Counted from the first letter of the stretch, positions 1 to 10,810 are shown. The stretch: 64,000 bases of DNA from Candidatus Heimdallarchaeum aukensis (GCA_021513695.1 CP084166.1:2656001-2720000), one strand, 5' to 3'. Notes: generated by a model not told the origin, from the letters alone. Numbers and translations: made by a program.

Positions 1-2
1 TG

Positions 3-242
3 ACTGGCTGTCACTTTGGTGATTGTCACTATAAGACTGGTAATTACAAAGCATATAGACGTCTTTCGCTAGTCGCAAAGTTGTTAAAACAAGTTGGGGT
101 AAATCCTAAGAGATTTAGATTGACTTGGATATCAGCTACAGAAGCAGCAAAATTCGTAGAAGTGACTACAGAGATGGTAAATGATCTGAAAAAACTTCCT
201 CCTTACTGGAGAAATGGAAATGGAGGTAATACCAATGAATAA
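3..242 (+). CDS. mvhD: Partial CDS, 3' end only (gene starts upstream of the window). C-terminus of an MvhD-like hydrogenase iron-sulfur subunit (FlpD family).
   Basis: Frame 3 translates to ...TGCHFGDCHYKTGNYKAYRRLSLVAKLLKQVGVNPKRFRLTWISATEAAKFVEVTTEMVNDLKK..., ending at TAA 240-242. This matches the conserved MvhD C-terminal motif (GDCHY..GN, W.SA.E). It sits immediately upstream of the hydrogenase small subunit. Confidence 0.5.
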   Translation, partial: TGCHFGDCHYKTGNYKAYRRLSLVAKLLKQVGVNPKRFRLTWISATEAAKFVEVTTEMVNDLKKLPPYWRNGNGGNTNE

Positions 243-1233
243 ATTAAAGGTTGCAGTGGCTCTTGGCGCAACTTGTGCAGGTTGTGACGTGGCTATCTTA
301 GATTTGAATGAAAAAATACTAGATGTTATAGAGATAGTAGATTTTGTTTTCTGGCCAACAGCTATGGATTTCAAGCTTGAAGATCTAAAGGCATTAAAAG
401 ATGGTGAAGTAGACGTAGGTTTATACCATGGAGCTATAGGTACAGAAGAAGATGAAGAAATAGCAAAAATATTAAGAAAGAAGTCGAAAGTAGTAGTGGC
501 CTTTGGAGCTTGTGCTAATTTTGGTGGGATACCAAGTCTAACAAATATGCCTTATGAATCAAAAATATTCGATGTGGTTTATAAGGAAAGTCCATCTACT
601 TCAAATCCTGAAGGAACTGTACCTCTAAAAGAAACAGAGGTAGAAGGAACAAAGTTGACTTTACCTGGAATTAGAAAAAGAGCAGATTCTTTGAATAGTG
701 TTATCGATGTAGATTATTACGTTCCAGGCTGTCCTCCTATGGTTCCTTTGATAGAACAAGTGGTAGACATTTTGAGAGTTTTTGTTGAAAAAGGAACTTT
801 ACCTCCTAAAGGAGCTGTTATCGCTGGGCAAGATACACTATGTAAGGAATGCGGAAGAACTAAACCAGAAACCATCTCTTACACAGAGTTTCTCTCTCCA
901 CAAGAAGTGAAAGAGATTGACCCTGACCTTTGTCTTCTATCACAAGGAATTTTGTGTTTAGGACCAGCAACACGTTCTGGTTGTGGAGGATTATGCACAA
1001 GCATGAATGTTGGTTGTAGAGGATGTTTAGGACCAACAGATAAAGTTGATGATCATGGTCTAAAAATGATTTCAGCTCTAACATCACTTTTGGACGTAGA
1101 GCATGAAGAAGAGTATACAGAAGAGGAACTAGATAAATTAATAGAAAAAATCCCAGACCCATTAGGAACATTTTATCGATTTACTTATGGAGTCTCCATG
1201 ATCTCTAAATTACATCCTGATATGGAGGAATAA
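214..1233 (+). CDS. mvhG: [NiFe] hydrogenase small subunit, MvhG-like. The true start is probably the ATG at 235 (MNKLKVAVALG...), which overlaps the upstream stop.
   Basis: N-terminal CAGCDVAILDL motif of hydrogenase small subunits. Proximal-cluster GACANFGGIP. C-terminal Cys-rich Fe-S cluster region (CLGPATRSGCGGLCTSMNVGCRGCLGP). Confidence 0.8.
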   Translation: MEMEVIPMNKLKVAVALGATCAGCDVAILDLNEKILDVIEIVDFVFWPTAMDFKLEDLKALKDGEVDVGLYHGAIGTEEDEEIAKILRKKSKVVVAFGACANFGGIPSLTNMPYESKIFDVVYKESPSTSNPEGTVPLKETEVEGTKLTLPGIRKRADSLNSVIDVDYYVPGCPPMVPLIEQVVDILRVFVEKGTLPPKGAVIAGQDTLCKECGRTKPETISYTEFLSPQEVKEIDPDLCLLSQGILCLGPATRSGCGGLCTSMNVGCRGCLGPTDKVDDHGLKMISALTSLLDVEHEEEYTEEELDKLIEKIPDPLGTFYRFTYGVSMISKLHPDMEE

Positions 1234-1235
1234 AA

Positions 1236-2723
1236 ATGAATCAAAAATTAAATCCAAATATCGTGACTATTGAGCCAGTCACAAGATTAGAAGGATTAGC
1301 AAAAATAACAGTACTTCTTAATGATGAAGGAAATGTAAAAGATGCTTTTTATCAAGTAGTAGAACTCAGAGGTTTTGAGCGTTTTGTTCAAGGAAGACCA
1401 ATTGAGGAAGTATTGAGAATCACACCAAGAATATGTGGTGTATGCCCCATACCTCATCATCTTGCACCAGCAAAAGCAGCAGATAGGGTATATGGGGTCG
1501 ACCCTCCTAAAACTGCAAAATTATTAAGAGAAATGCTAGCTTTGGGACATATTGTTCATAGCCATATTTTGCATTTCTATGCTTTTGCTCTTCCTGATTT
1601 TGTACTAGGAGAAAAGAAAGAACCAGGAACGCATAACATAATTGGTATAGCAAAAGCATTTCCTGATGTGGCGAAAGCTGCCATTAAAGCAAGAGGAGAT
1701 GCCCAAAAAATACAAGCAATGATTGGTGCAAAAGCAACTCATCCTGTTACTGTAATTCCAGGAGGAATAAGTAAAGGAGTAACGAAGGAAGATACAGAAA
1801 AGATATTAGAAATGAGCAAGAATATCGTTGAATTCGGTAAACTGGGTCTTAAGGTCTTTGAAGATTTAGTAGTTAAAAATAAAGATCAAATGGATCTTAT
1901 AAACAGTGACGCCTATCAGATGGATACCTATTATATGTCAATTGTAGGCCCCGATAATACGCTCGATTTCTATAATAGTCAAACAGTTAGAGTAATTGAC
2001 AGTAAAGGAAAAGAATTTGCAAAATTTGAAGCAGAAGATTATTTAGACCATTTAGATGAACATGTTGAACCATGGACATATCTCAAGTTCCCCTATTTGA
2101 AAAAGGTAGGTTGGAAGGGACTTGTTGATGGACCGGATAGTGGTATGTATAGAGTAAATGCTTTAGCACGATTGAACGTTATAGATAAGATAACAACACC
2201 TCTCGCCCAAGAAGCAATGGAAATTATGTATGAAGGTCTAGGTGGAAAACCTGCTCATCACACTTTAGGTTTTAACTGGGCTAGGTTAGTGGAAATACTA
2301 TACAGCGGTGAGAGAATGGTTGAACTAGCTGAAGATCCTGACTTTTATGGTACAAAGTTCAGAGAACAGCTAACCAAGGATATGATTACAGGTGAAGGGG
2401 TGGGAGCCATAGAAGCACCAAGAGGAACTTTATATCATCACTATAAGACTGATAAAGAAGGAAAAGTAACCAAAGCTAATATCATAGTAGCAACCACCAA
2501 CAATAATGCTGCGATTTGTTTAAGTGTGAAAAAAGCCGCTCAAGAAATGATTAAAAACGGTCAGTATAATGAGGATGGCTTAAATAAAATAGAGATGGCT
2601 TTTAGAGCTTATGACCCTTGTTTAGCATGTGCTACCCACGCCATGGTTGGACAAATGCCACTGAAAGTAGAAATATATGATTCTAAGAAAAATAAGATTA
2701 GAGAGTTGACACGTAAACTATGA
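1236..2723 (+). CDS. mvhA: [NiFe] hydrogenase large subunit, MvhA-like.
   Basis: N-terminal RLEG and RICGVCPIPHH Ni-binding motif. C-terminal DPCLACATH motif followed by a cleavable tail. A GGAGG Shine-Dalgarno-like motif lies 8 nt upstream. The small subunit stop is 2 nt away. Confidence 0.9.
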   Translation: MNQKLNPNIVTIEPVTRLEGLAKITVLLNDEGNVKDAFYQVVELRGFERFVQGRPIEEVLRITPRICGVCPIPHHLAPAKAADRVYGVDPPKTAKLLREMLALGHIVHSHILHFYAFALPDFVLGEKKEPGTHNIIGIAKAFPDVAKAAIKARGDAQKIQAMIGAKATHPVTVIPGGISKGVTKEDTEKILEMSKNIVEFGKLGLKVFEDLVVKNKDQMDLINSDAYQMDTYYMSIVGPDNTLDFYNSQTVRVIDSKGKEFAKFEAEDYLDHLDEHVEPWTYLKFPYLKKVGWKGLVDGPDSGMYRVNALARLNVIDKITTPLAQEAMEIMYEGLGGKPAHHTLGFNWARLVEILYSGERMVELAEDPDFYGTKFREQLTKDMITGEGVGAIEAPRGTLYHHYKTDKEGKVTKANIIVATTNNNAAICLSVKKAAQEMIKNGQYNEDGLNKIEMAFRAYDPCLACATHAMVGQMPLKVEIYDSKKNKIRELTRKL

Positions 2724-3226
2724 AAATAGCAATTATCGGCCTGGGAAACCCCATTGTTGGGGATGATGCTGTCGGAATAAGAGTCTTAGATTACATAAAA
2801 GAGAATAAGACTCTTCCTTCCTTTGTAGACATAATGGTCGATGTAAGCCTTTCTGGAATAGGTTTAGTTGAACTATTCAGAGGATATGACAAAGTGATAA
2901 TAATTGATTCTATGCAATCTAATCAATTTGAACCAGGTACAGTTCTAAGACTCAACCCTGACCAATTTGTAAGTGCATTACACGTTTCAGATTATCATAA
3001 TATGGACTTTTTTACTGCTTACGAATTCGGTAAAGAGATATATGATGATTTACCACCAAATGAACAAATTGTTATCCTCGGAATTGAGATTAATTATATT
3101 ACTGAATTTAGCGATCAGCTATCTCCAGAAATAAAGTCAAAATTTGATGATATTGTAAATGATGTTTATCAATTTATTAAAAAAGAAATAAATCAAGAGA
3201 AGGAGATTATACGCAATGTCCTTTGA
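2720..3226 (+). CDS. Hydrogenase maturation endopeptidase (HycI/HoxW/FrhD family).
   Basis: MKIAIIGLGNPIVGDDAVGIRV... is the typical N-terminus of hydrogenase maturation proteases. Size is 168 aa. Its start overlaps the large-subunit stop (ATGA). Confidence 0.75.
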   Translation: MKIAIIGLGNPIVGDDAVGIRVLDYIKENKTLPSFVDIMVDVSLSGIGLVELFRGYDKVIIIDSMQSNQFEPGTVLRLNPDQFVSALHVSDYHNMDFFTAYEFGKEIYDDLPPNEQIVILGIEINYITEFSDQLSPEIKSKFDDIVNDVYQFIKKEINQEKEIIRNVL

Positions 3227-3629
3227 ATATATAAAAATAGGAAAAGAAGAAAAAGAATTCATTAGTAAAATAGAAGATATCAGCGGACAGAATCTATATG
3301 CATGTTATCAATGTGGAAAATGTACCGCTGGATGTTCTTTTAGTAATCAGATGGATCTTACAGTAAACCAAGTTATTCATAGATTACAACTTGGGCAAAA
3401 AGAAAAAGTGCTGAGTGCAAAGAGTCCTTGGGTATGTGCGAGTTGTTTGACTTGTACAGTTAGATGCCCACGAGATATTGACGTAGCTGCAATAATGGAG
3501 TCAGTAAGAGAATACATTCTACGTTATGAACCTGAGAGAATAGAAAGAATGAAAGTTACAGGAGAAAAAGCTAAAAACTTGCCTAACATTGCCCTCGTAG
3601 GTAGTTTTAGGAAGAATACTGAATTATAA
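3216..3629 (+). CDS. HdrC-like protein with two 4Fe-4S cluster motifs.
   Basis: Two CxxCxxCxxxC(P) motifs (CYQCGKCTAGCS; CASCLTCTVRCP) in a 137-aa protein. It lies upstream of an HdrB-like gene. Confidence 0.6.
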   Translation: MSFEYIKIGKEEKEFISKIEDISGQNLYACYQCGKCTAGCSFSNQMDLTVNQVIHRLQLGQKEKVLSAKSPWVCASCLTCTVRCPRDIDVAAIMESVREYILRYEPERIERMKVTGEKAKNLPNIALVGSFRKNTEL

Positions 3630-3641
3630 TAGGTGAATTAA

Positions 3642-4532
3642 ATGAAATATTCATATTTTCCAGGATGTAATCTCAAAACAAATGCAAAGGAATATGAACA
3701 TACAGCTGTTGAAGTTTCTAAAATATTAGATGCTGAACTTGTAGAAATGCCAGTGTTTAATTGCTGTGGGACAGTTCATAGTATGGCTTCAGATAATACT
3801 ATGAGGAGAATCGCCCCTGTACGTATTCTTTCAAGATCAGAAGAGCACCAAAAAGAGTTGGAAGATACAAATAACACAGTTGTAACTCTATGTTCCATGT
3901 GTAGTTCAACACTTAAAGTAGTAAATGAAGAAGTAAAAGAAGATGAAGAAATGCTACAGAAAATAAACTGGCAGCTAGAAAGAGATAACTTAAAATATTC
4001 TGGCCATTCGGAAGTCAAACACTATTTAGAAATACTTAGAGATGAAGTTGGTTTTGAAGAAATTGTTAAAAAGGTTAAAAAACAACTTAAAGGAATGAAA
4101 GTTGCTTCTTATTACGGTTGCATGCTGTTACACCCAGATAAAGCTAAAATTGATGACAGCGAAACACCAACAGTGATGGAAACCCTTACCCTTGCACTCG
4201 GAGCAGAAGTAGTTGATTGGCCTTATTTTAAAACTTGTTGCGGTTCTTACCATGTAGTAGACAAAGAAGATATCGTAAACAATCAAATTCTAAAAATAAC
4301 GGAGGGTGCTAAAAAAAGAGGAGCTAATGCTATAATTACTGCTTGTCCTTTATGTGCCTATAATCTTGATAGTCAGCAAGTATTTTTACAGAAAAAAGGA
4401 ATAATAAAAGAAACTATACCTATCTTCTACTTTACTCAACTTATGGCAATAGCTCTAGGAATAAAATTAGAAAATTTTGAAGATCATCATGTAGATCCTA
4501 AACCTTTACTAAAAAGTCTAGGATTAATTTAA
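3642..4532 (+). CDS. HdrB-like protein with two CCG (Cys-rich) domains.
   Basis: Two CCG-domain signatures (FNCCGTVHS...CSMCSS; KTCCGSYH...CPLCAYN), as in heterodisulfide reductase B / SdhE / TfrB C-terminal domains. Confidence 0.7.
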   Translation: MKYSYFPGCNLKTNAKEYEHTAVEVSKILDAELVEMPVFNCCGTVHSMASDNTMRRIAPVRILSRSEEHQKELEDTNNTVVTLCSMCSSTLKVVNEEVKEDEEMLQKINWQLERDNLKYSGHSEVKHYLEILRDEVGFEEIVKKVKKQLKGMKVASYYGCMLLHPDKAKIDDSETPTVMETLTLALGAEVVDWPYFKTCCGSYHVVDKEDIVNNQILKITEGAKKRGANAIITACPLCAYNLDSQQVFLQKKGIIKETIPIFYFTQLMAIALGIKLENFEDHHVDPKPLLKSLGLI

Positions 4533-4549
4533 AAAAAAGAGGAATAAAA

Positions 4550-5272
4550 ATGGCAAAAGCAATATCAATGAGAGAAAAAAAGGAAAAACTTGACACAGTA
4601 ACCATATATATTATGGGTCAAGGATACAAAGTTCCTTCTTCTTTAACCATAATGAAAGCAATGGAATATGCTGGTTTTAAACTTAAAAGAGGAGTCGGTT
4701 GTCGTGCAGGTTTTTGTGGAGCATGTGCAACCGTTTATAGAAAATTAGGTGATTACAAAATATATGCTAACTTAGCATGTCAAACTAAAGTCGAAGATGG
4801 GATGTATCTCACACAATTACCTTTTGTTCCTGCTAATAAAGCAGAATACAATCTTGACGAGATTAAACCTTCAGCTTCAACAATGCTCCGTTTCTATCCA
4901 GAAATAGCAAGATGCTTAAGCTGTAATGCTTGTTCAAGAGTGTGCCCACAAGATATACAAGTAATGGACTATGTTCAATACAGCTTGCAAGGGCAAATAG
5001 AAAAAGCAGCAGAACTAGCTTTTGATTGTATTCAATGCGGTCTTTGCGCAATTCGTTGCCCAGCAGAGATTCCTCAATATCATGTGGCGACATTGGCACG
5101 AAGATTACATGGTAAATATCATATGATTGCTCCTGATACTCTAGAACAAAGAGTAAAGGAAATAGAAGAAGGAAAATACGAAAAAGGATTTGAAGAGTTG
5201 ATGTCTCTATCTGAAGAAGAATTGAAGAAACGATACGTTGCAAGAGACTTTATTGATCAGAAAAAGGCGTGA
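4550..5272 (+). CDS. Fumarate reductase / succinate dehydrogenase iron-sulfur subunit-like protein (FrdB/SdhB/TfrB N-terminal type).
   Basis: 2Fe-2S motif CRAGFCGACA, plus CLSCNACSRVCP and CIQCGLCAIRCP cluster motifs. A GAGG Shine-Dalgarno-like motif lies upstream. Confidence 0.7.
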   Translation: MAKAISMREKKEKLDTVTIYIMGQGYKVPSSLTIMKAMEYAGFKLKRGVGCRAGFCGACATVYRKLGDYKIYANLACQTKVEDGMYLTQLPFVPANKAEYNLDEIKPSASTMLRFYPEIARCLSCNACSRVCPQDIQVMDYVQYSLQGQIEKAAELAFDCIQCGLCAIRCPAEIPQYHVATLARRLHGKYHMIAPDTLEQRVKEIEEGKYEKGFEELMSLSEEELKKRYVARDFIDQKKA

Positions 5273-6936
5273 GAAAAATGATTAGAGGATATCCAGAAAG
5301 TATGAGAAAAAGTATTGACAAAGTCAATAAAACAAGAGATAAGAGAATCGACCAAATTATGAAAGATTTGACTCTTGAAGAACGTGAGAAAGTATTAAAG
5401 GAATTTCACCCTGATTATAATCCAGCATATAAAAGAACTATAAGTTGGGGACAAAATAAAGGCGATTATGTTCCTAATGAAGTCGCAGATATACTGGAAT
5501 CATACCCAATCTATGATCCAGATGAGATAGATTTAAGTCAAATAGATTACGATGTTGGAATATTAATTATTGGTGCAGGAGGAGCTGGAACAGCTGCTGC
5601 TTTATGGTCTGTTTATTCTGGAGTGCCAAATGATAAGATCCTTCTAACAACTAAATTAAGGCTGGGAGACTGTAATACAGTTATGGCACAAGGAGGGATA
5701 CAAGCTGCTGATAGACCAGAAGATTCACCTTTAATTCATTATTTAGATGCTATGGGTGGAGGACACTTCAAAAATAAACCAGAGTTAGTAAAAGCACTTG
5801 TTTCAGATGGTCCCAAAATAATCAAATGGCATAAAGAACTAGGTTTAATGTACGATCAGAATGAAGATGGAAGTTTTGTAGAAAATGCTGGAGGAGGAAC
5901 ATCTAGAAACAGAATGCACTGCGCAAAAGATTATACAGGAATGGAAATTTTCAGAAATCTAAAAGATGAAGTTATTAACAATGAGATACCTTTATTGGAA
6001 TTTTCACCTGCAGTAGAATTGCTAAAAGATGAAAATGGAAGAGTAGCTGGTGCATTGTTATATAATCTAGAAACAAAAGAATATTCCGTCGTAAGAGCAA
6101 AAACAACCATTTTAACAACAGGAGGTTTTGGAAGATTACACATCGCAGGATTTGCAACAACAAATCACTATGGGGCAACAGGAGACGGAATAGTTATGGC
6201 TTATAGAGCAGGAGCTAAACTAAGAGATTTAGACTCAACACAGTTCCACCCAACAGGAGCAGCTTTCCCTGAACAAATAGTAGGTCTGTTAATTACTGAA
6301 AAAGTAAGAAGTTTAGGAGCACAAGTTTTAGGAAAGAATGGAGAACAAATCTGCTATCCACTAGAACCAAGAGATGTAGAGGCTGCTTCAATAATAAGAG
6401 TAACAAAAAGTACAGATAATTATGTTGAAACTCCAACAGGAATGAGAGGAGTCTGGTTAGATAGTCCATTAATTGAAGAAATCAGAGGAAAGGGAACAAT
6501 TGATAAGAATCTTGCTGCAATGAAAAGAATGTTTGCAAGGTTTGATATTGACATGACAGAAGATCCCATACTTGTTCATCCAACCCTTCATTATCAGAAT
6601 GGAGGAGTGGAACTCGATGAAAATGGATATACTTCTGTACCAGGTTTACTAGGCGCAGGTGAAATAAGCGGAGGAGTACATGGAAAGAATCGTCTTATGG
6701 GTAACTCTCTGCTTGAGGTCAATGTTTTCGGTAGACGAGCAGGTATAACTGCTGCTAAAGAATATAAACGAGGTAAAAAACCAGGCAAACTTACTTTATC
6801 ACATGTAAAGAAAACTATTGAGCAATTAGATGCTCTAAACATTAAGAAAAAACGCTTTTCACCTATCATTCTTCCAGAATATCGTAGTGAAGCAGTAAGA
6901 GACAGATTAATTCAACTATTTGAATCTAGTCTCTAA
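5269..6936 (+). CDS. Fumarate reductase / succinate dehydrogenase flavoprotein subunit-like protein (FrdA/SdhA/TfrA family), apparently soluble.
   Basis: Rossmann dinucleotide motif GILIIGAGGAGTAAAL. Catalytic QFHPTG (HPT) motif and a C-terminal capping region. The position of the covalent-FAD histidine is occupied by Cys (RLGDCNTV), suggesting non-covalent FAD. There is an N-terminal extension of about 100 aa. Its start overlaps the previous stop. Confidence 0.8.
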   Translation: MRKMIRGYPESMRKSIDKVNKTRDKRIDQIMKDLTLEEREKVLKEFHPDYNPAYKRTISWGQNKGDYVPNEVADILESYPIYDPDEIDLSQIDYDVGILIIGAGGAGTAAALWSVYSGVPNDKILLTTKLRLGDCNTVMAQGGIQAADRPEDSPLIHYLDAMGGGHFKNKPELVKALVSDGPKIIKWHKELGLMYDQNEDGSFVENAGGGTSRNRMHCAKDYTGMEIFRNLKDEVINNEIPLLEFSPAVELLKDENGRVAGALLYNLETKEYSVVRAKTTILTTGGFGRLHIAGFATTNHYGATGDGIVMAYRAGAKLRDLDSTQFHPTGAAFPEQIVGLLITEKVRSLGAQVLGKNGEQICYPLEPRDVEAASIIRVTKSTDNYVETPTGMRGVWLDSPLIEEIRGKGTIDKNLAAMKRMFARFDIDMTEDPILVHPTLHYQNGGVELDENGYTSVPGLLGAGEISGGVHGKNRLMGNSLLEVNVFGRRAGITAAKEYKRGKKPGKLTLSHVKKTIEQLDALNIKKKRFSPIILPEYRSEAVRDRLIQLFESSL

Positions 6937-7642
6937 AGTCTTTAACGACTATTTTCTTTTTTTCCATCTCTTTTTCTAATAATCTTATTGGAAATATTTT
7001 TCCATGTGAAGGATAAAGCCATTTTACACCTTCATCTATTAGTTTTTTCCAACTTTCGTATATCTTTTCCTTTTTATTTGCGACTATAGGAAAATAGCTT
7101 CTTCCTGAAAGCAAAGGAAACTTCATAACTATGTCTCCTACAAAAGCATGTTTTTGTTTAAAAATTAATGAAATTGAACCATCAGTATGACCTAATGTAT
7201 GAATTATCTTAGCATCAAATCCATATTCTTTTAGGGAAAATTCATCACTTACTTTAATATCAACAGAAAAAGGAGCTATCTCACGCTTTGTAGAAGAAAA
7301 AATCTTCTTAAGCAATTTATTAGTTAAAACTGCTTCTGGTGTATCTCCCTTTTCCACTAATTCAGCCTCTATTTTGTGCATTAAGACTTTTGCTCCTGTA
7401 ATCTCTTTTATCTCTTTTACAGAACCAATATGGTCTATATGTGCATGTGTAATGATAATTAGCTTGATATTTTCTGGTTGAATAGAATTTTTTTGTAAAA
7501 AATGAACTATCTTTTTATGACTTTTTGGCATTCCTGTATCAACTAAAATACAATTATTATTCTCTTTTATTAGAAAACTATTGACATAACCCAATTTTAT
7601 TCTATGGATAGAAACCATACTTACCAAAGAAAGTTCTTGCAT
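6926..7642 (-). CDS. Metallo-beta-lactamase-fold hydrolase.
   Basis: HxHxDH motif (THAHIDHIG) and downstream HTLGHTDGS. The C-terminal 11 nt overlap the convergent frdA-like gene. Confidence 0.7.
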   Translation of the reverse strand: MQELSLVSMVSIHRIKLGYVNSFLIKENNNCILVDTGMPKSHKKIVHFLQKNSIQPENIKLIIITHAHIDHIGSVKEIKEITGAKVLMHKIEAELVEKGDTPEAVLTNKLLKKIFSSTKREIAPFSVDIKVSDEFSLKEYGFDAKIIHTLGHTDGSISLIFKQKHAFVGDIVMKFPLLSGRSYFPIVANKKEKIYESWKKLIDEGVKWLYPSHGKIFPIRLLEKEMEKKKIVVKDFRD

Positions 7643-7892
7643 AATAATATATCTTTTTCGAGTATTAGGAACATTTACATTTTCTAATTATCGATATCCT
7701 CTACTTTAGAGTTTCTTATTAGACAAAAAACGGTTAAAGATGATTTTAGACTTTTAATTTTCTTTAGTTCTATATATAAAAACCATTTTTATTTTTTATT
7801 TCACGTCTATAATTTTCTAAACTATTAACACTTACCTTATTCTCTAATTTTTTCTCGCTCTAATATGTAATTATTGTTTTTTCCGAGTTAGG

Positions 7893-7898
7893 TTTATA
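7893..7898 (+). promoter_or_regulatory. TATA-box-like element (TTTATA) upstream of gdhA.
   Basis: TTTATA lies about 60 nt upstream of the probable ATG (7958) in a 300-nt AT-rich divergent intergenic region. I only eyeballed this. Confidence 0.2.
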
Positions 7899-7924
7899 GT
7901 GTAAGCTTTTTAAGGACACTTTAA

Positions 7925-9310
<1,386 letters not shown>

Positions 9311-9394
9311 ATTCTTTAATTTCTTTTTTCTCTTTTTTAAAAATATCAAAAATGCTTTTTTATTATAATCAAATTATTATAATCAAAAAGAAGA
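9311..9394. terminator. T-rich convergent terminator region between gdhA and top6A.
   Basis: Oligo-T runs (tttcttttttctcttttttaaaaa) sit immediately after the gdhA stop. A short direct repeat attataatcaa x2 follows. Archaeal termination typically uses oligo-T tracts. Confidence 0.3.
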
Positions 9395-10801
9395 TTAGAT
9401 AAAATCTCCCGTTTCTATTTTCTGTGGGAGGTAGAAGTTTGTAATAAATTGTGGGTCACGTGCATTTAATGCTTGTATTTCTGCTTTATAACCTGTATTT
9501 ATTAGGATTTCAAGTTGTTCTTGCCATTTTGGTTTTCTCTTTACGAACTCTTCTTCAAGCATTAACTTTGATCTTCTTATGTCTTTTTGAGTCATTTTGA
9601 TTAGTGCTTCTCTAGGAATATCAAATCCACTTTCAGGTTTTAGATCACTTGGGAGCAAACCTAACCATTTAATATTTGGCACTGCAAGATGGGTTGATTC
9701 GAAACTAAGAGCTTTACTTCCAACGCTATATACTCTCATGATTTCGAATCCGTAAGGGTCAGCATCCATAATGGCAAGAATAGGTAATTGTAAGTCATCA
9801 TTTATTTTCTTTAGAAACTGTCTTGTTGCCATGTCAGGTTGACCTTTAGCTGTAACTAAAATGCTTGGTACATAATCGTAAAAATGGTCTTCTGCTAACC
9901 TGTTAAAAATAGCATCTTTTTCAATAACTAAACAAAATTCAGCATCACTTTCTAAATCTTCGATGTCATCTATATTTGGTGAAATAGCTTTTCCTGAACC
10001 GATAGCTCTACAATCTATAAGATCACCCTTTTCCTTGAATTGTAACTTTCCTACAACAATACCTTTAGACGATGCACTAACATTTAGTGAAGTCCTCGTA
10101 GCTTGTATCATTGCTCCTAAATCTTCAATAAGAGAGTCTGATACTGCTTGTTTCTTAAACGCATTCACATTCATGTAGAAAATATCTCTTTTTGTACTGT
10201 GAATATCACGTGATAGTATGTCATGAAGAAGTCTCATTAATATTGACATTTGTTCAATCGTGCTTACAGAGGATAAACTCCTAAATTGGCGTTCTATCAT
10301 TTGTCTACCAATAAGTACTAATTCTTGTTCTTCATCAAAACCAATATTTCTCTTTCCTCTTGAAGGAATTTTAAAACTAGCTTCATCAGGTTTGTTAAGT
10401 GCTTCATTCAAAAATAATAATGCTGCTTCAACAATTTTATTTTTAGCTTTTTCCGAAGACATTGTTTCTACATTAGTTACACCATAAGGTAACTCATAAT
10501 CCTGCAATAAAGTAAGTTCGTTTCTAAGTTTCCTTATTTTATCAACTGGAACTTTTCTTTTTATTTCAATTCTCATTAATTCTTTCTTAAGAGGATAATT
10601 ACCTAAGGTTTTACCTTTCTCTAGAGGATACCACTTCTTTCCGCTTCTCAAAAAGAGTACAAAAGATCCTTTTTTAAGTTCAAATTCTTCTTGTAATATT
10701 TGAAATAATTCATTTATCTGAATACTGTTATCAAAACTCATTTTTACTTCAGTTGAAGGCAATATTGTTGCATTTTTTACTAAAAAATTATAGTTTACCA
10801 T
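9395..10801 (-). CDS. top6A: DNA topoisomerase VI subunit A (Spo11 homologue) with an N-terminal extension of roughly 80-90 aa.
   Basis: CAP/winged-helix region with the catalytic tyrosine motif TKRDIFYMN. Toprim domain: LVIEKDAIFNRL...VTAKGQPDMATRQFLKKI...ILAIMDADPYGFEIM. The gene lies 10 nt downstream of the top6B stop (canonical top6B-top6A operon). Confidence 0.85.
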   Translation of the reverse strand: MVNYNFLVKNATILPSTEVKMSFDNSIQINELFQILQEEFELKKGSFVLFLRSGKKWYPLEKGKTLGNYPLKKELMRIEIKRKVPVDKIRKLRNELTLLQDYELPYGVTNVETMSSEKAKNKIVEAALLFLNEALNKPDEASFKIPSRGKRNIGFDEEQELVLIGRQMIERQFRSLSSVSTIEQMSILMRLLHDILSRDIHSTKRDIFYMNVNAFKKQAVSDSLIEDLGAMIQATRTSLNVSASSKGIVVGKLQFKEKGDLIDCRAIGSGKAISPNIDDIEDLESDAEFCLVIEKDAIFNRLAEDHFYDYVPSILVTAKGQPDMATRQFLKKINDDLQLPILAIMDADPYGFEIMRVYSVGSKALSFESTHLAVPNIKWLGLLPSDLKPESGFDIPREALIKMTQKDIRRSKLMLEEEFVKRKPKWQEQLEILINTGYKAEIQALNARDPQFITNFYLPQKIETGDFI

Positions 10802-10810
10802 TTTTCCACC

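Noticed and set aside
214-234. ORF-track start of the hydrogenase small subunit at 214 (MEMEVIPMNK...)
   Set aside because: These codons overlap the mvhD-like coding tail. The conserved small-subunit N-terminus begins at the ATG at 235 (MNKLKVAVALGATCAGCD), which overlaps the mvhD stop in the usual ATGA-type coupling. I kept the track coordinates but flagged the likely start.
132-374. 80-aa minus-strand ORF at the window start
   Set aside because: It lies antisense across the mvhD 3' end and the hydrogenase small-subunit start. It is low-complexity Ser/Ile-rich with no motif, typical of AT-rich antisense shadow ORFs.
860-1171. 103-aa minus-strand ORF inside the hydrogenase small-subunit gene
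   Set aside because: It is fully embedded antisense to a gene with strong conserved motifs and is Leu-rich junk.
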